Shown here: piece after piece, positions 8,236 to 17,843 of the stretch
Layout: every line of letters begins with the position of its first letter
Position numbering within the stretch: position 1 is the first letter of the stretch
Assembly: GCA_005878385.1 (NCBI GenBank)
Contig: VBMN01000074.1
Location: 1 to 40,672, forward strand
DNA length: 40,672 bases
Source: Methanobacteriota archaeon
Lineage (GTDB): Archaea > Thermoplasmatota > Thermoplasmata > RBG-16-68-12
Reading direction: 5' to 3'
The notes under the pieces: generated by a model
What the model saw: the letters and a program-made list of their open reading frames with translations, nothing else
What the model was told of the DNA's origin: nothing
The model's database searches: none
Made by a program: the position numbers and the translations under genes

Positions 8236-9525
8236 ACGACTTCTCTGCTCTTCCGCGGCGGCCTGATTGTCACGCAAGACTCCGAGCGCCGCGTGGTCTC
8301 TGGCGATGTCCTCGTCGAGGAGGGACGCATCGTTTCGGTGGGTTCCTCGGACCTCTCGGCCGATGAAGTGATCGACTGCACGGGTTGCGCGATCGTGCCC
8401 GGACTCATCAACCTCCACAACCACGTCCCGAACACCCTGCTCCGCGGCGTGGCCGACGATGTCCCGCTGGAAGAGATGTTGCCGAAGGCCGCCGTCATCG
8501 ATGCGAAGCTGACACGGCGCGACGTGCAGGTAGGCGCGTTGCTCGGTTGCGTCGAGATGATCCGGTCCGGGACGACGAGCTTCCACGACCTGTTCTATTG
8601 GGAGGACGAGGTCGCGCGGGCCGTCCGGGAATCCGGGATCCGCGGATTCCTGTCGTGGGTCACCCTGGACGAATCTCGGACGACCCAGCATGGCAGTCCC
8701 CTGAAAAATGCGGACGCGTTCGTCGCGAAGCAGAAGGGAGACCCCCTCGTGACACCGTCCATAGGCGTGCAAGGCGTCTACGCGGCGTCCGAAGAGACAT
8801 GCACGAAGGCGAGGGAGATCGCGGACCGCCACCAGGTCCGACTCCACATGCATCTCTCCGAAACCCGCGGGGAGGTGGAGCACCATCGGAAGGAGACCGG
8901 TCATCGACCGATCGCGTGGCTCGAGAAGATCGGCTTCCTAGGTCCGGGTCTCACCGCGGCCCACTGCGTCTGGGTCACGATCAACGAGGTGCGGACGCTC
9001 GCACGCCATGGTGTGAGCGTGGCCCACTGTCCGGTCTCGAACATGAAACTCGCGAGCGGTGGCGTCGCGCCGGTGCCGGAGATGTTGCGAGAGGGAGTCG
9101 TGGTGGGCCTCGGGACCGACTCCCCGATTTCGAACAACGCGATGGACGTGTTCGCGGATATGAAGATCGCCTCTCTCTTACACAAGGCCACTCGCTGGGA
9201 TGCGCGCGCGATGCCCGCGCAAGCGGTCCTCGATCTCGCGACGATCGGAGCCGCACGGGCGTTGCACGTGGACTCGGAGCTCGGCTCGATTGAGGTCGGG
9301 AAGCGCGCGGACCTCGCAGTCGTCTCCCTGCAGGGTGCCCACACGACTCCTTTTTATCCGGAAACACTCATCAGCCAACTCGTCTACAGTTGCCGGGGGA
9401 GCGATGTGCGGGCGACGATTGTTGATGGCCAGATTCTCATGGCGGACCGGGTCGTGCAGACCGTCGACGAGGCCGAGGTGGTCTCCCGGGCTCAGGAGAC
9501 CGCGCGTGAGCTCTTCGAGGCGTGA
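8236..9525 (+). CDS. Amidohydrolase, MTA/SAH deaminase-like
   Basis: PGLINLHNH, EMIRSGTT, HMHLSET, AAHCV, HCPVSNMKLASG, GLGTD, GSIEVGKRADL; homologous N-terminus begins at ACG 8236, first in-frame GTG after it is at 8293. Confidence 0.88.
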   Translation, partial: TTSLLFRGGLIVTQDSERRVVSGDVLVEEGRIVSVGSSDLSADEVIDCTGCAIVPGLINLHNHVPNTLLRGVADDVPLEEMLPKAAVIDAKLTRRDVQVGALLGCVEMIRSGTTSFHDLFYWEDEVARAVRESGIRGFLSWVTLDESRTTQHGSPLKNADAFVAKQKGDPLVTPSIGVQGVYAASEETCTKAREIADRHQVRLHMHLSETRGEVEHHRKETGHRPIAWLEKIGFLGPGLTAAHCVWVTINEVRTLARHGVSVAHCPVSNMKLASGGVAPVPEMLREGVVVGLGTDSPISNNAMDVFADMKIASLLHKATRWDARAMPAQAVLDLATIGAARALHVDSELGSIEVGKRADLAVVSLQGAHTTPFYPETLISQLVYSCRGSDVRATIVDGQILMADRVVQTVDEAEVVSRAQETARELFEA

Positions 9526-9528
9526 GCC

Positions 9529-10185
9529 GTGATCGTCGGTGTGGACGAAGCCGGGCGAGGGCCAGTCATCGGCCCGCTCGTGGTCGCCGGAGTGGCCGTC
9601 GAATCGGATGTCCCCCTTCGTCACCTGAACGTCCGCGATTCGAAGAAACTCTCGCCGGAGCGCCGGGAGGCCCTGGCCCCGGAGATCGAGAAAGTGTCGA
9701 CGTACGAGCTCGTCGTGATCCCCGCGGAACGGATCGACGTGATGCGGTCGGAGATGTCGCTCAACGATTTCGAGGCGAAGCTGTTTGCCGAGGTGATCGA
9801 CAAGTTGCGCCCGGAGACCGCGTACGTGGACGCCGCGGACGTCGACGAGATCGAGTTCAAACGTTGCGTCCGCAAAGAGCTCGCGTTCGACGTGGAGATC
9901 GTGTCCCAGCACAATGCCGACGAACTGTTCCCCGTCGTCAGCGCCGCCTCGATCCTCGCCAAGGTGTGTCGAGACCGCGAGATGCGGTTGATCGAGGACG
10001 AGATCGGGCTGCACATCGGATCCGGCTACGCCTCGGACACGGACACGATCGCGTTCTTGGAAACGTGGATTCGCCAGCATGGATCGCTGCCGCCGCACAC
10101 GCGGGCCTCGTGGGACACCGCGCGGCGCCTGCTCGCGGGATCCCGGAACCACAAGCTCGACGAGTTCGGTGGGGGAATCCCATGA
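9529..10185 (+). CDS. rnhB: Ribonuclease HII
   Basis: GVDEAGRGPVIGPLVV, DSKKLS, YVDA, VSAASILAKV, GSGY. Confidence 0.97.
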   Translation: MIVGVDEAGRGPVIGPLVVAGVAVESDVPLRHLNVRDSKKLSPERREALAPEIEKVSTYELVVIPAERIDVMRSEMSLNDFEAKLFAEVIDKLRPETAYVDAADVDEIEFKRCVRKELAFDVEIVSQHNADELFPVVSAASILAKVCRDREMRLIEDEIGLHIGSGYASDTDTIAFLETWIRQHGSLPPHTRASWDTARRLLAGSRNHKLDEFGGGIP

Positions 10186-10511
10186 GGGAGATGCTCGAGG
10201 ACCTAATCACGAAATTCAACGCGAAGGTAGGGACCGATCCGGCCTTGCGAGCCGAGATCGGCGACCTGACGAAGACCGTCCTGATCGAATTGAAGGACGG
10301 GACGAAGTTTCATTTCATCCTGAAGGACCAGCACGTCGCCGCGCTCCTTGATGGCGCCGTGGACCGCGCGGACATCACGATCTCGACCGATGCCGAGACG
10401 TTGGGGGCCCTCATCCGACGCGAGGTCGGACCGTTCAAGGCGTACGCGACGGGAAAACTCCGACTCAAGGGAAGTCTCGAGGACCTCGCGCGCTTCCGGA
10501 AGTTCTTTTGA
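10182..10511 (+). CDS. SCP2 sterol/lipid-binding domain protein
   Basis: ADITISTD...PFKAYATGKLRLKGSLEDL SCP2 signature; ATGA overlap with the rnhB stop. Confidence 0.85.
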   Translation: MREMLEDLITKFNAKVGTDPALRAEIGDLTKTVLIELKDGTKFHFILKDQHVAALLDGAVDRADITISTDAETLGALIRREVGPFKAYATGKLRLKGSLEDLARFRKFF

Positions 10512-10595
10512 CGCCGCGCGCGATAGGTTTATCCTGCACGGTCCAATGCGGACGGACGACCGCCGTCGCGGGCCTGCGGCTCGATGTGGGCAGGT

Positions 10596-10732
10596 AGCGG
10601 GGTGGGGTAGCCAGGATATCCCGTCGGGCTCATACCCCGGGACTCCCAGGTCCCCGGTGAGACACCCGGAGATCGATGGTTCAAAAGGGCCGGCAGGACC
10701 CGCCTCCGGTTCGGAATGTCCATCCCCCGCTA
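10596..10732 (+). tRNA. Initiator tRNA-Met(CAT) with two introns: 10635-10663 (position 37/38) and 10686-10718 (position 59/60)
   Basis: Spliced: AGCGGGG TGGGGTAGCCAGGATATCCCG TCGGG CT CAT A|A CCCGG AGATC GATGG TTCAAA|T CCATC CCCCGCT A; A1-U72 and three G-C pairs in the anticodon stem mark the initiator; both junctions fold as BHB; no encoded CCA. Confidence 0.93.
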
Positions 10733-10922
10733 TCGACCGCGGACCTCGTGCGGCGGTCCCCCTTCGAGGCCGTGCCCCTGATTTCGTTCCGTGAAAATAC
10801 GTCAACCTTGCGTAAGGTTAATCGAAGTCGGTCCTTCGGTCTCCGATGGGTCGGACTCTGATTCTCAGGTCGCAACTTTTATCGTCGATGGGCCGGGTGG
10901 TCCGACGCTCGGCAGGCTTTCA

Positions 10923-12005
10923 ATGGATCGAGTGAAAACTGGCATCGTCGGCTTGGACACGATGCTGAACGGCGGATTCCTGCCCGCGCGACCGTATGTG
11001 ATTTCCGGCCCGACCGGAAGCGGAAAGACCGTGCTCATCGCCCATTTCCTCCTCGAAGGCCTCCGGCTCCAGGAACCTTGCCTCCTCGTGACCCTCGACG
11101 AACCCCCGATCGAGGTGAAGTCGAACATGGCCACCTTCGGGTGGAATATGGACCGCCTGAAGATCCTCGATGCGACCCCGGACGTGCGGGCGCACAAGCG
11201 CCAGCGGTCCGTGATTGACGTCGGGACCTCCCTCGATGTGCGCGACATGGAAGACGTCACGGACATCCGACAGTCCTCTCAGGTGCGGGCCCTCGAGGTC
11301 ACCGTCCACAGCGTCCAGAAGATGATCAAGCAAGAGTTCTCGCAGCACCTGGAACGCACGAAGCAGCGATACAAACGGATCGCGGTCGACTCGATGACCG
11401 CCCTCAAGATGTTCTCGATGGAGGGCCAGGACAGTCGCATCTTGATTCAGTCGTTCCTCCGGTTCCTCGCGGAACTCGAGGCGACGACCCTCATCGTCTC
11501 CGAACGCCTGGACCGCAAGAAGCTCGAAACCGAGTTCTTCCTCGGGCGGGGGGAGATCCGGATGCACAAGTGGATCGACGGGAACATGATCCGCCACGCG
11601 ATCTCGATTGACAAGTTCCGCGGCTCCGCCTTTGACGACAAGATGCATCCCGTGACAATCGGCGACAAAGGGATGGTCGTCGCCCTCGACGCCCCCTCCC
11701 AGATTCGCGGGACCTCTCCCGAAGGGAAGCCGGGCGAGTCCTTGCTGGAAACGCGCCTGATCGACGAAGTGTCCAACGTGATCGAGTCCGTGATGCGCCA
11801 GATTGAGGAGGCGCACCGACGCCAGATCCCGATTCGAGATGTCGAGGTCGCTCTGTCGCGCGCGATGCTCGCGTTCCAGCGGCGCAACTACCAGAAGGCG
11901 ATGAAGATCGCCCTCGCCTGCGATTCCCAACTGAGGGAACGGATCGCGGAAGCCCCGCCTCCGCCGCCTGTGGCCATGCCGCCGCGACCGCCGGTGATCC
12001 GATGA
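10923..12005 (+). CDS. KaiC-like RecA-superfamily ATPase (single domain) with C-terminal helical extension and Pro-rich tail
   Basis: TGIVGLDTMLNGG, GPTGSGKT, TLDEP, IAVDSMT, DKFRGS; ATG 10923. Confidence 0.9.
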   Translation: MDRVKTGIVGLDTMLNGGFLPARPYVISGPTGSGKTVLIAHFLLEGLRLQEPCLLVTLDEPPIEVKSNMATFGWNMDRLKILDATPDVRAHKRQRSVIDVGTSLDVRDMEDVTDIRQSSQVRALEVTVHSVQKMIKQEFSQHLERTKQRYKRIAVDSMTALKMFSMEGQDSRILIQSFLRFLAELEATTLIVSERLDRKKLETEFFLGRGEIRMHKWIDGNMIRHAISIDKFRGSAFDDKMHPVTIGDKGMVVALDAPSQIRGTSPEGKPGESLLETRLIDEVSNVIESVMRQIEEAHRRQIPIRDVEVALSRAMLAFQRRNYQKAMKIALACDSQLRERIAEAPPPPPVAMPPRPPVIR

Positions 12006-12784
12006 TCCCCGCCGCCCGGATGCGCACGGGTATCGCTGGACTCGACAAGATGCTCCACGGCGGCTTCGTCCCGGGCCGGCCCTACATCGTGTCCGGGCCG
12101 CCTGGTGCGGGCAAGACGATCCTCGCGATGCAGTTCCTGCGGGAGGGCCTGGAGGGCGGCGAACGCTGCCTCTTTGTCTGTCTCGAGGAGCCACCAAACG
12201 AACTCAAGATCAACATGCGCGCGTTCCGATGGAATCTGGACGACCTCGATGTGCTCGACGCGAACTCGGACATCCGGCGTTTCGAGCCGACGCCGCTCTT
12301 GGAGATCTCCACAGAAGAAGAGCCCGCGAAGATGCGATCGATCGGGGAACGGATTCGGAAGACGCCGGATTTCGAGAGCAAGGAAGTCTCGGTCCATTCG
12401 CTACAGCAGCTCCTCAAAACCCTGCTCGTGAAGAAGCACTACGAGCGCGTCGTGATCGACTCGATGACCGCGCTGCGGTACTTTTGCATGCGGGAGTTCG
12501 AGGAGGCCGTGACGACCCAGTCGTTCATGCGGTACCTCGCCGAATCGAAAGTGACGTCCCTCCTCACGGTCGAGCTGCCCGATGAGAGCGAGGTCCTCGC
12601 GGAGGCATTCCTCGCCCGCGGAGAGGTCCGCCTCCATAAGCTCCGGGACGAGACCGGGATCAAGCGCTTTGTCTCCGTGGAGAAGTACAAGGGCTCCTCC
12701 CACGACGACGCGGTCTATTCGTTCGACATCACGAACGCGGGCATCGCGATCAACATGACACCGAGGGCGCCCACCGCTTCGTGA
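12002..12784 (+). CDS. KaiC-like RecA-superfamily ATPase (single domain)
   Basis: TGIAGLDKMLHGG, GPPGAGKT, CLEEP, VVIDSMT, EKYKGS; ATGA overlap with the upstream paralog. Confidence 0.9.
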   Translation: MIPAARMRTGIAGLDKMLHGGFVPGRPYIVSGPPGAGKTILAMQFLREGLEGGERCLFVCLEEPPNELKINMRAFRWNLDDLDVLDANSDIRRFEPTPLLEISTEEEPAKMRSIGERIRKTPDFESKEVSVHSLQQLLKTLLVKKHYERVVIDSMTALRYFCMREFEEAVTTQSFMRYLAESKVTSLLTVELPDESEVLAEAFLARGEVRLHKLRDETGIKRFVSVEKYKGSSHDDAVYSFDITNAGIAINMTPRAPTAS

Positions 12785-12829
12785 GCCCGAAAACCTTGGC
12801 AGCCGGACGGCGGATGTCAATGAGGCGAT

Positions 12830-12860
12830 TGTCTGACGAATGTATGACTACTTTTAAATA
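12830..12860 (+). promoter_or_regulatory. ftsZ promoter: TATA box with two upstream TGT(C/A)TGAC repeats
   Basis: TGTCTGAC 12830-37, TGTATGAC 12841-48, TTTAAATA 12853-60. Confidence 0.55.
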
Positions 12861-12910
12861 GCCCTGGATGGATGCGTCCGGCGTCAGTCTCCACGGGATG
12901 GGATGGCACA

Positions 12911-14050
12911 ATGAAATCGCTTCTCAACGAGGCCCTGGCTCGACACCAAGAAGCCGAGGCAAAGGAAGAGCGCGAGGCCGCCAAGGCCGCGAAGACGCCG
13001 GAGAAGGGGAAGAACAACGACGACCAGGAGATCGAGAAGATCGTCGAATCGATCAACGTCTCGATCAAGATCGTCGGCTGCGGCGGCGGCGGGTCGAACA
13101 CGGTCAACCGGTGCAGCGAGGCGGGCATCACGGGTGCGCAGCTCTGCGCCGTGAACACGGACGCGAAGCACCTTCTGTCCGTGCACGCTCCGAAGAAGAT
13201 CCTGATCGGCAAGCGCCTCACGAAGGGCTTGGGGGCCGGCGCTCTCCCCGAAGTGGGAGAACAGGCGGCCCACGAGAACGAGGAAGAGATCCGCGAGTTC
13301 CTCCGCGGCTCCCACGTCGTGTTCATCACCGCAGGCATGGGCGGCGGCACCGGAACCGGCTCCGCGCAGTACGTGGCTCGGATCGCAAAGGAGGAAGGCG
13401 CCTTGACGATGGGCGTCGTCACGATGCCGTTCAAGTCGGAAGGCCGGATCCGCATGGAGAACGCCGAGGCCGGGTTGGACAAGCTCCGCAAGTTCACCGA
13501 CACCGCGATCGTGATCTACAATGACAAGCTCCTCGAGCTCGTTCCACGCCTGCCGATCAACGCCGCGTTCAAAGTCGCGGACGAAATCCTCATGCAGTCG
13601 ATCAAGGGCATGACGGAGATCATCACGAAGCCCGGACTCGTGAACCTGGACTACGCCGACCTCATGACGATCATGAAGGGCGGCGGCGTCGCGATGATCG
13701 GGATTGGCGAGAGCGAGGAAGAGCGGGACCGGATCGAGTACGCGATCAACGAGGCCCTCGAATCGCCGTTGCTCGGTGAGGTTGACCTGACTCACGCCCG
13801 CGGCGCCCTAGTCCGCGTCGTCGGCGGCGGCGACATGACCGTCTCCGAGGCGGAGCGGGCCGCGGAGATCGTTGGCCAGAAGATCAACCCGCAGGCCCGG
13901 ATCATCTGGGGCTGTTCCGTCGACGACGAGCTGGACCACACCGTCCGCGTGCTCCTCGTGATCACAGGTGTGAAGTCGAAGTCTCTCCTCGGCAAAGAGG
14001 TGTACACCGGTCCGGTGAAGACCTCGGCCGAAGTGGACGAAGTACGCTGA
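12911..14050 (+). CDS. ftsZ: Cell division protein FtsZ
   Basis: [44 protein letters not shown]; ATG 12911. Confidence 0.98.
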   Translation: MKSLLNEALARHQEAEAKEEREAAKAAKTPEKGKNNDDQEIEKIVESINVSIKIVGCGGGGSNTVNRCSEAGITGAQLCAVNTDAKHLLSVHAPKKILIGKRLTKGLGAGALPEVGEQAAHENEEEIREFLRGSHVVFITAGMGGGTGTGSAQYVARIAKEEGALTMGVVTMPFKSEGRIRMENAEAGLDKLRKFTDTAIVIYNDKLLELVPRLPINAAFKVADEILMQSIKGMTEIITKPGLVNLDYADLMTIMKGGGVAMIGIGESEEERDRIEYAINEALESPLLGEVDLTHARGALVRVVGGGDMTVSEAERAAEIVGQKINPQARIIWGCSVDDELDHTVRVLLVITGVKSKSLLGKEVYTGPVKTSAEVDEVR

Positions 14051-14089
14051 CCTCCTCCTCTTTTTCCGAACCTTTTTCCGTTTCTTCCC
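14051..14089 (+). terminator. Pyrimidine/oligo-T terminator after ftsZ
   Basis: CCTCCTCCTCTTTTTCCGAACCTTTTTCCGTTTCTTCCC immediately after the stop codon. Confidence 0.55.
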
Positions 14090-14101
14090 TATCGCGCAAG
14101 C

Positions 14102-14431
14102 GTGAGCACCCATCGGCCCCGGTACCGCTATGTGGCGTTCCGGCTGGAGAGCCCGCGGGCCTTTCGGCGCGAGGAAATCCTGCAAGTCATGCATGCGTTG
14201 ACTCCGCCCCTCTGGCTCGTGGACTTCGAAGGGACTTCGGGTCTGGTCCGAACGACGAACACGGAGAAAGATGCGGCCATTGCGGCGCTGAATCGAATTG
14301 AAGCGGTGGCGGGCGAGGCGGTCCGTGTGAGGACGGTGGGCACCTCCGGGACGATCCGGGCCGCGACGCGGAAGTATCTGAGTTCGCGGGACCGCGCCGG
14401 TCGGGACTCACAAAAGAACCCTTATAAGTGA
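14102..14431 (+). CDS. rnp2: RNase P protein subunit Pop5/Rpp14 family
   Basis: RPRYRYVAF N-terminus and VGTSGTIR C-terminal motif; conserved position upstream of psmA. Confidence 0.85.
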   Translation: MSTHRPRYRYVAFRLESPRAFRREEILQVMHALTPPLWLVDFEGTSGLVRTTNTEKDAAIAALNRIEAVAGEAVRVRTVGTSGTIRAATRKYLSSRDRAGRDSQKNPYK

Positions 14432-14462
14432 CCGCTTTATTAGCGGCCCAGAGGTTTATCAA

Positions 14463-15188
14463 ATGCAGCCGGGCCAGATGGCATACGACCGCGCGATTAC
14501 GGTCTTCAGCCCCGACGGCCGCCTGTTTCAGGTCGAATATGCCCGCGTCGCCGTGACCCGGGGAAACACGACGGTCGGCCTGAAATTCAAGAGCGGCATC
14601 GTGCTGATGGCCGACAAGAAGCTCGGTTCCCGGCTCGTGGAGACCTCTTCGATCGAGAAGATTTTCCAGATTGACGACCATGTGGGAGCGGCAACCTCCG
14701 GCCTGGTCGCGGATGCCCGGGTCCTGGTGGACTACGCCCGGCTCGTCGCGCAGATCAACAAGGTCACGTACAGCGAGCGAATCGGCGTGGACCTGCTCGT
14801 GAAACGGATCTGCGACTACAAGCAGAACTACACGCAGTACGGCGGCGTGCGGCCGTTCGGGACCGCGCTCCTGGTCGCCGGCGTTGACGACCTCGGGACC
14901 CACCTCTTCGAGACCGACCCCAGCGGAGCCCTCGTCTCGTACAAGGCGGGGAGCATCGGCCAAGGCCGGCAGGCGGTCATGGAACTCCTTGAGGAGAAGT
15001 ACAAGGAAGGGATGAGCCAGGACGATGCGATGGTCCTCGGGCTCGAGGCCTTGCAGAAGGCCTCCGAAGGCGAGAAACTGGACGCGCGGGCGATCGAGGT
15101 CGGACTCGTGACGGAAGTGGACAAGTTCCGGCGCCTGTCGGAGTCGGAAGTGGGCCAGTACCTCACCCGGGTCCCGACGGCGTCCTAG
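14463..15188 (+). CDS. psmA: Proteasome alpha subunit
   Basis: [20 protein letters not shown] signature, [17 protein letters not shown]. Confidence 0.98.
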   Translation: MQPGQMAYDRAITVFSPDGRLFQVEYARVAVTRGNTTVGLKFKSGIVLMADKKLGSRLVETSSIEKIFQIDDHVGAATSGLVADARVLVDYARLVAQINKVTYSERIGVDLLVKRICDYKQNYTQYGGVRPFGTALLVAGVDDLGTHLFETDPSGALVSYKAGSIGQGRQAVMELLEEKYKEGMSQDDAMVLGLEALQKASEGEKLDARAIEVGLVTEVDKFRRLSESEVGQYLTRVPTAS

Positions 15189-15196
15189 GCGACTTC

Positions 15197-15937
15197 ATGC
15201 CCAAAGAGCTCCGAAGCGATCGACGAGACGACATTTTCAAGGAATACGGGATCGCCCGCTTCGAGAAGGCGGGCGAGAAGTTCGAGGTCCTGGTGAAGCC
15301 GGAGGCCGTCCAGAAGGTCCGCGACGGCAAGGACGTCGACCTGCTCAAGGAGCTCGCGATCGACGAGATCTTCAAGGACGCCCACAAAGGCTCGAAGGCG
15401 TCCGAGGAGAAGATGGTCGAGTTCTTCGGGACGACGGAGCCCCTGGCCGTCGCGAAGCAGATCATCCAACGCGGCGAGATCCAGCTGACGACGGAACAGC
15501 GTCGGCAGATGCTCGAAGCGAAGCGCAAGCAGAGCGTCCAATATATCGCGGCGAACGCGATCAACCCACAGACGAGCGCTCCCCATCCGCCCCAGCGTAT
15601 CGAAAACGCGATGGAGGAGGCCAAGGTGCACATCGACCCATTCAAGCCCGTCGAAGAGCAGGTGAAGGAAGTCCTCGACGCGCTCCGGCCCCTGATCCCG
15701 ATCCGCTTCGAGAAGGTCCGGATCGCGGTGAAGCTGAGTGCGGAGGACAGCGCGAAATGCTACGGGGACATCAAGGGCTACGGTGCGATCCTGAAGGAAG
15801 AGTGGTCCCCGACGGGAGCCTGGCTCGGCGTCGTCGAGATGCCCGCGGGCCTGCAAACGGACTTCCTAGAACGGTTGAACGCGAAGACGAAGGGAAACGT
15901 GGAGACGCGGATCCTGAAGGCGGACCAGCGAGTCTGA
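15197..15937 (+). CDS. Ribosome maturation protein SBDS/Sdo1
   Basis: [52 protein letters not shown]. Confidence 0.95.
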   Translation: MPKELRSDRRDDIFKEYGIARFEKAGEKFEVLVKPEAVQKVRDGKDVDLLKELAIDEIFKDAHKGSKASEEKMVEFFGTTEPLAVAKQIIQRGEIQLTTEQRRQMLEAKRKQSVQYIAANAINPQTSAPHPPQRIENAMEEAKVHIDPFKPVEEQVKEVLDALRPLIPIRFEKVRIAVKLSAEDSAKCYGDIKGYGAILKEEWSPTGAWLGVVEMPAGLQTDFLERLNAKTKGNVETRILKADQRV

Positions 15938-15980
15938 TCCGGAGGGAGCCGCCCGACGTCGCGTCGAGAGGCGGTTACCT

Positions 15981-16211
15981 ATGACCAGCGGACGGGCGCT
16001 CCGTTGGATATCGCCTCGGACCGGCTTCGTGGCGATCGTGGCCTTGACCGGTCTCTGTCTCGTCGCGACCATCGTGTTCGCGCTCCTCACGACGACGTCT
16101 TCGTTCGTGCTCGCGTGGGTCGCCCTGACGGCGATCCTGGCGGTGAGTTCCGTATACGCATGGTGGGACTGGAAACACCCGCCGAAGGGACCCAGGCTTC
16201 CCGGTCGCTGA
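15981..16211 (+). CDS. Small two-TM membrane protein, unknown function
   Basis: Two hydrophobic segments; GAGAGG upstream of ATG; co-oriented within the superoperon. Confidence 0.55.
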   Translation: MTSGRALRWISPRTGFVAIVALTGLCLVATIVFALLTTTSSFVLAWVALTAILAVSSVYAWWDWKHPPKGPRLPGR

Positions 16212-16295
16212 CCGCGGGCCGGGACCTCCCCTTCGAAACCGGAAGCCTCAAGTAGCGGCCTCCATTTCGACGCCTCGCGTGAGAGAGAAACACAC

Positions 16296-16994
16296 ATGCA
16301 GGGTAGCGGGTCGCTTCGCCCGATTGTCATTCCAGGCGAAGCCGTCGGCGGCCCCGGGCTAAAACCGGGACCTGGAACCTATAGCGAAGGCGGACAGCTT
16401 TTCGCGGCACAATTGGGTATTCGGAACGAGCATGACGGCCTCGTCAGCGTGATCCCTCTCAAAGGGCGGTACATCCCCCAACGCGGGGACGCGGTGATCG
16501 GCGAGGTCACCGACCTCGGGGCATCCCACTGGCTCGTCGACATCAACTCTCCCTATCCCGCGCCCCTCCATGCGACGGAATCGCCGTGGCGGGTCGAGTT
16601 CGGCGACACCTCACGGTATCTGAAGGTCGGCGACGTGATCATGGCTCACGTGCTGAGCGTGGACGAGATCAAGCGCGTCCAGCTCACGATGCAAGAGCGT
16701 GAGGCGCGACGGCTGAACGGCGGCATGGTGATGGAAATCTCCCCGACGAAGGTCCCCCGGGTGATCGGGAAGGAGGGGAGCATGATCTCCCTCATCAAGG
16801 ACCTCACGCACTGCCAGATTTACGTCGGGCAGAACGGCCGGATCTGGCTGGACGGGAATGACCAGGACACCGCGATTGCGGCGCGGGCCATCCGCCTGAT
16901 CGAGGAACGCGCCCAGGCGTTCGGCCTCACAGAGGTCGTGCGCGAGCTGATCGAGGGGGCGCGTCGGGAGACACGAGGGCCGAGGCCCTCCTGA
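16296..16994 (+). CDS. rrp4: Exosome subunit Rrp4
   Basis: IVIPGE, GRYIP..GD.VIG (S1), KVPRVIGKEGSM (KH), GQNGRIW. Confidence 0.96.
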   Translation: MQGSGSLRPIVIPGEAVGGPGLKPGPGTYSEGGQLFAAQLGIRNEHDGLVSVIPLKGRYIPQRGDAVIGEVTDLGASHWLVDINSPYPAPLHATESPWRVEFGDTSRYLKVGDVIMAHVLSVDEIKRVQLTMQEREARRLNGGMVMEISPTKVPRVIGKEGSMISLIKDLTHCQIYVGQNGRIWLDGNDQDTAIAARAIRLIEERAQAFGLTEVVRELIEGARRETRGPRPS

Positions 16995-17006
16995 GGAGCG
17001 ATTGGA

Positions 17007-17843
17007 ATGGAAGACATCGAGCACATCGAGAAAGAGATGAAACTGATCAATGCGGACGGACGGCGTCTGGATGGCCGGAAAGCGGACGAATTGAGGCCGG
17101 TGCGGATCGAGGCGGGCGTCCTGCGTCGTGCGGACGGCTCTGCGTACATGGAGTGGGGAGGGAACAAGGTCCTAGCGGCCGTGTACGGGCCCCGGGAGGC
17201 CCACCCGCGCCACCTGCAGGACCCCGCCCGGGCACTCGTCCAGTGTCGGTACAACATGGCGCCCTTCAGCGTCTCCGACCGGAAGCGGCCAGGCCCGGAT
17301 CGACGTTCCGTCGAAATCTCGAAGGTCATCTCGGAGGCGTTCTCCGCCGTCGTCTTCAAAGAACAATTCCCGCGGACCTCGGTCGACATCTTCATCGAAG
17401 TCCTCCAGGCCGATGCCGGCACGCGGTGCGCGGGCCTGACCGCCGCGAGCGTGGCCCTCGCCGACGCCGGCGTACCGATGCGGGACCTCGTCACGTCCTG
17501 CGCGTCCGGGAAAATCGATGGCGTCGTGTGCGTCGACCTGAACAAGGAAGAGGACAACTTCGGGGACGCTGATTGCCCCATGGCGATCGTCCCGCGGACG
17601 GGCGAGATCGTGCTCCTCCAGATGGATGGACATCTCACGTACGACGAGTTCCAGAAGGCGATGGAGATGTCGATCGCCGCGACGCACCGCCTCTATGAAT
17701 TGCAACGGGACGCCCTGCGCCGTCGGTATTCCACGACCCTCGAAGATATCATGAAGGAATCGCCCCCAGCCCCTGCGGCACCAATGTCGGAGTCCGAGTC
17801 GCCGCTCCCACCCGAGGACGACTTCGGCCCGGAGGGGATCTGA
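17007..17843 (+). CDS. rrp41: Exosome subunit Rrp41
   Basis: [43 protein letters not shown]. Confidence 0.97.
   Translation: MEDIEHIEKEMKLINADGRRLDGRKADELRPVRIEAGVLRRADGSAYMEWGGNKVLAAVYGPREAHPRHLQDPARALVQCRYNMAPFSVSDRKRPGPDRRSVEISKVISEAFSAVVFKEQFPRTSVDIFIEVLQADAGTRCAGLTAASVALADAGVPMRDLVTSCASGKIDGVVCVDLNKEEDNFGDADCPMAIVPRTGEIVLLQMDGHLTYDEFQKAMEMSIAATHRLYELQRDALRRRYSTTLEDIMKESPPAPAAPMSESESPLPPEDDFGPEGI

Noticed and set aside
10560-10800. GC-rich structured gap first considered as SRP RNA or RNase P RNA
   Set aside because: Fully explained by the two-intron initiator tRNA and its flanks; no SRP helix-8 motif or RNase P P4 consensus seen
10804-10819. Palindrome AACCTT-GCGT-AAGGTT upstream of the KaiC-like pair
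   Set aside because: AACCTT/AAGGTT recurs next to ordinary TATA-like elements in this window (tbp, purH, roadblock), so a specific operator cannot be supported
12817-12870. ATGAGG...CTGA...ATGAC pattern considered as a box C/D sRNA
   Set aside because: Boxes are degenerate, there is no terminal D box, and the region overlaps the ftsZ promoter
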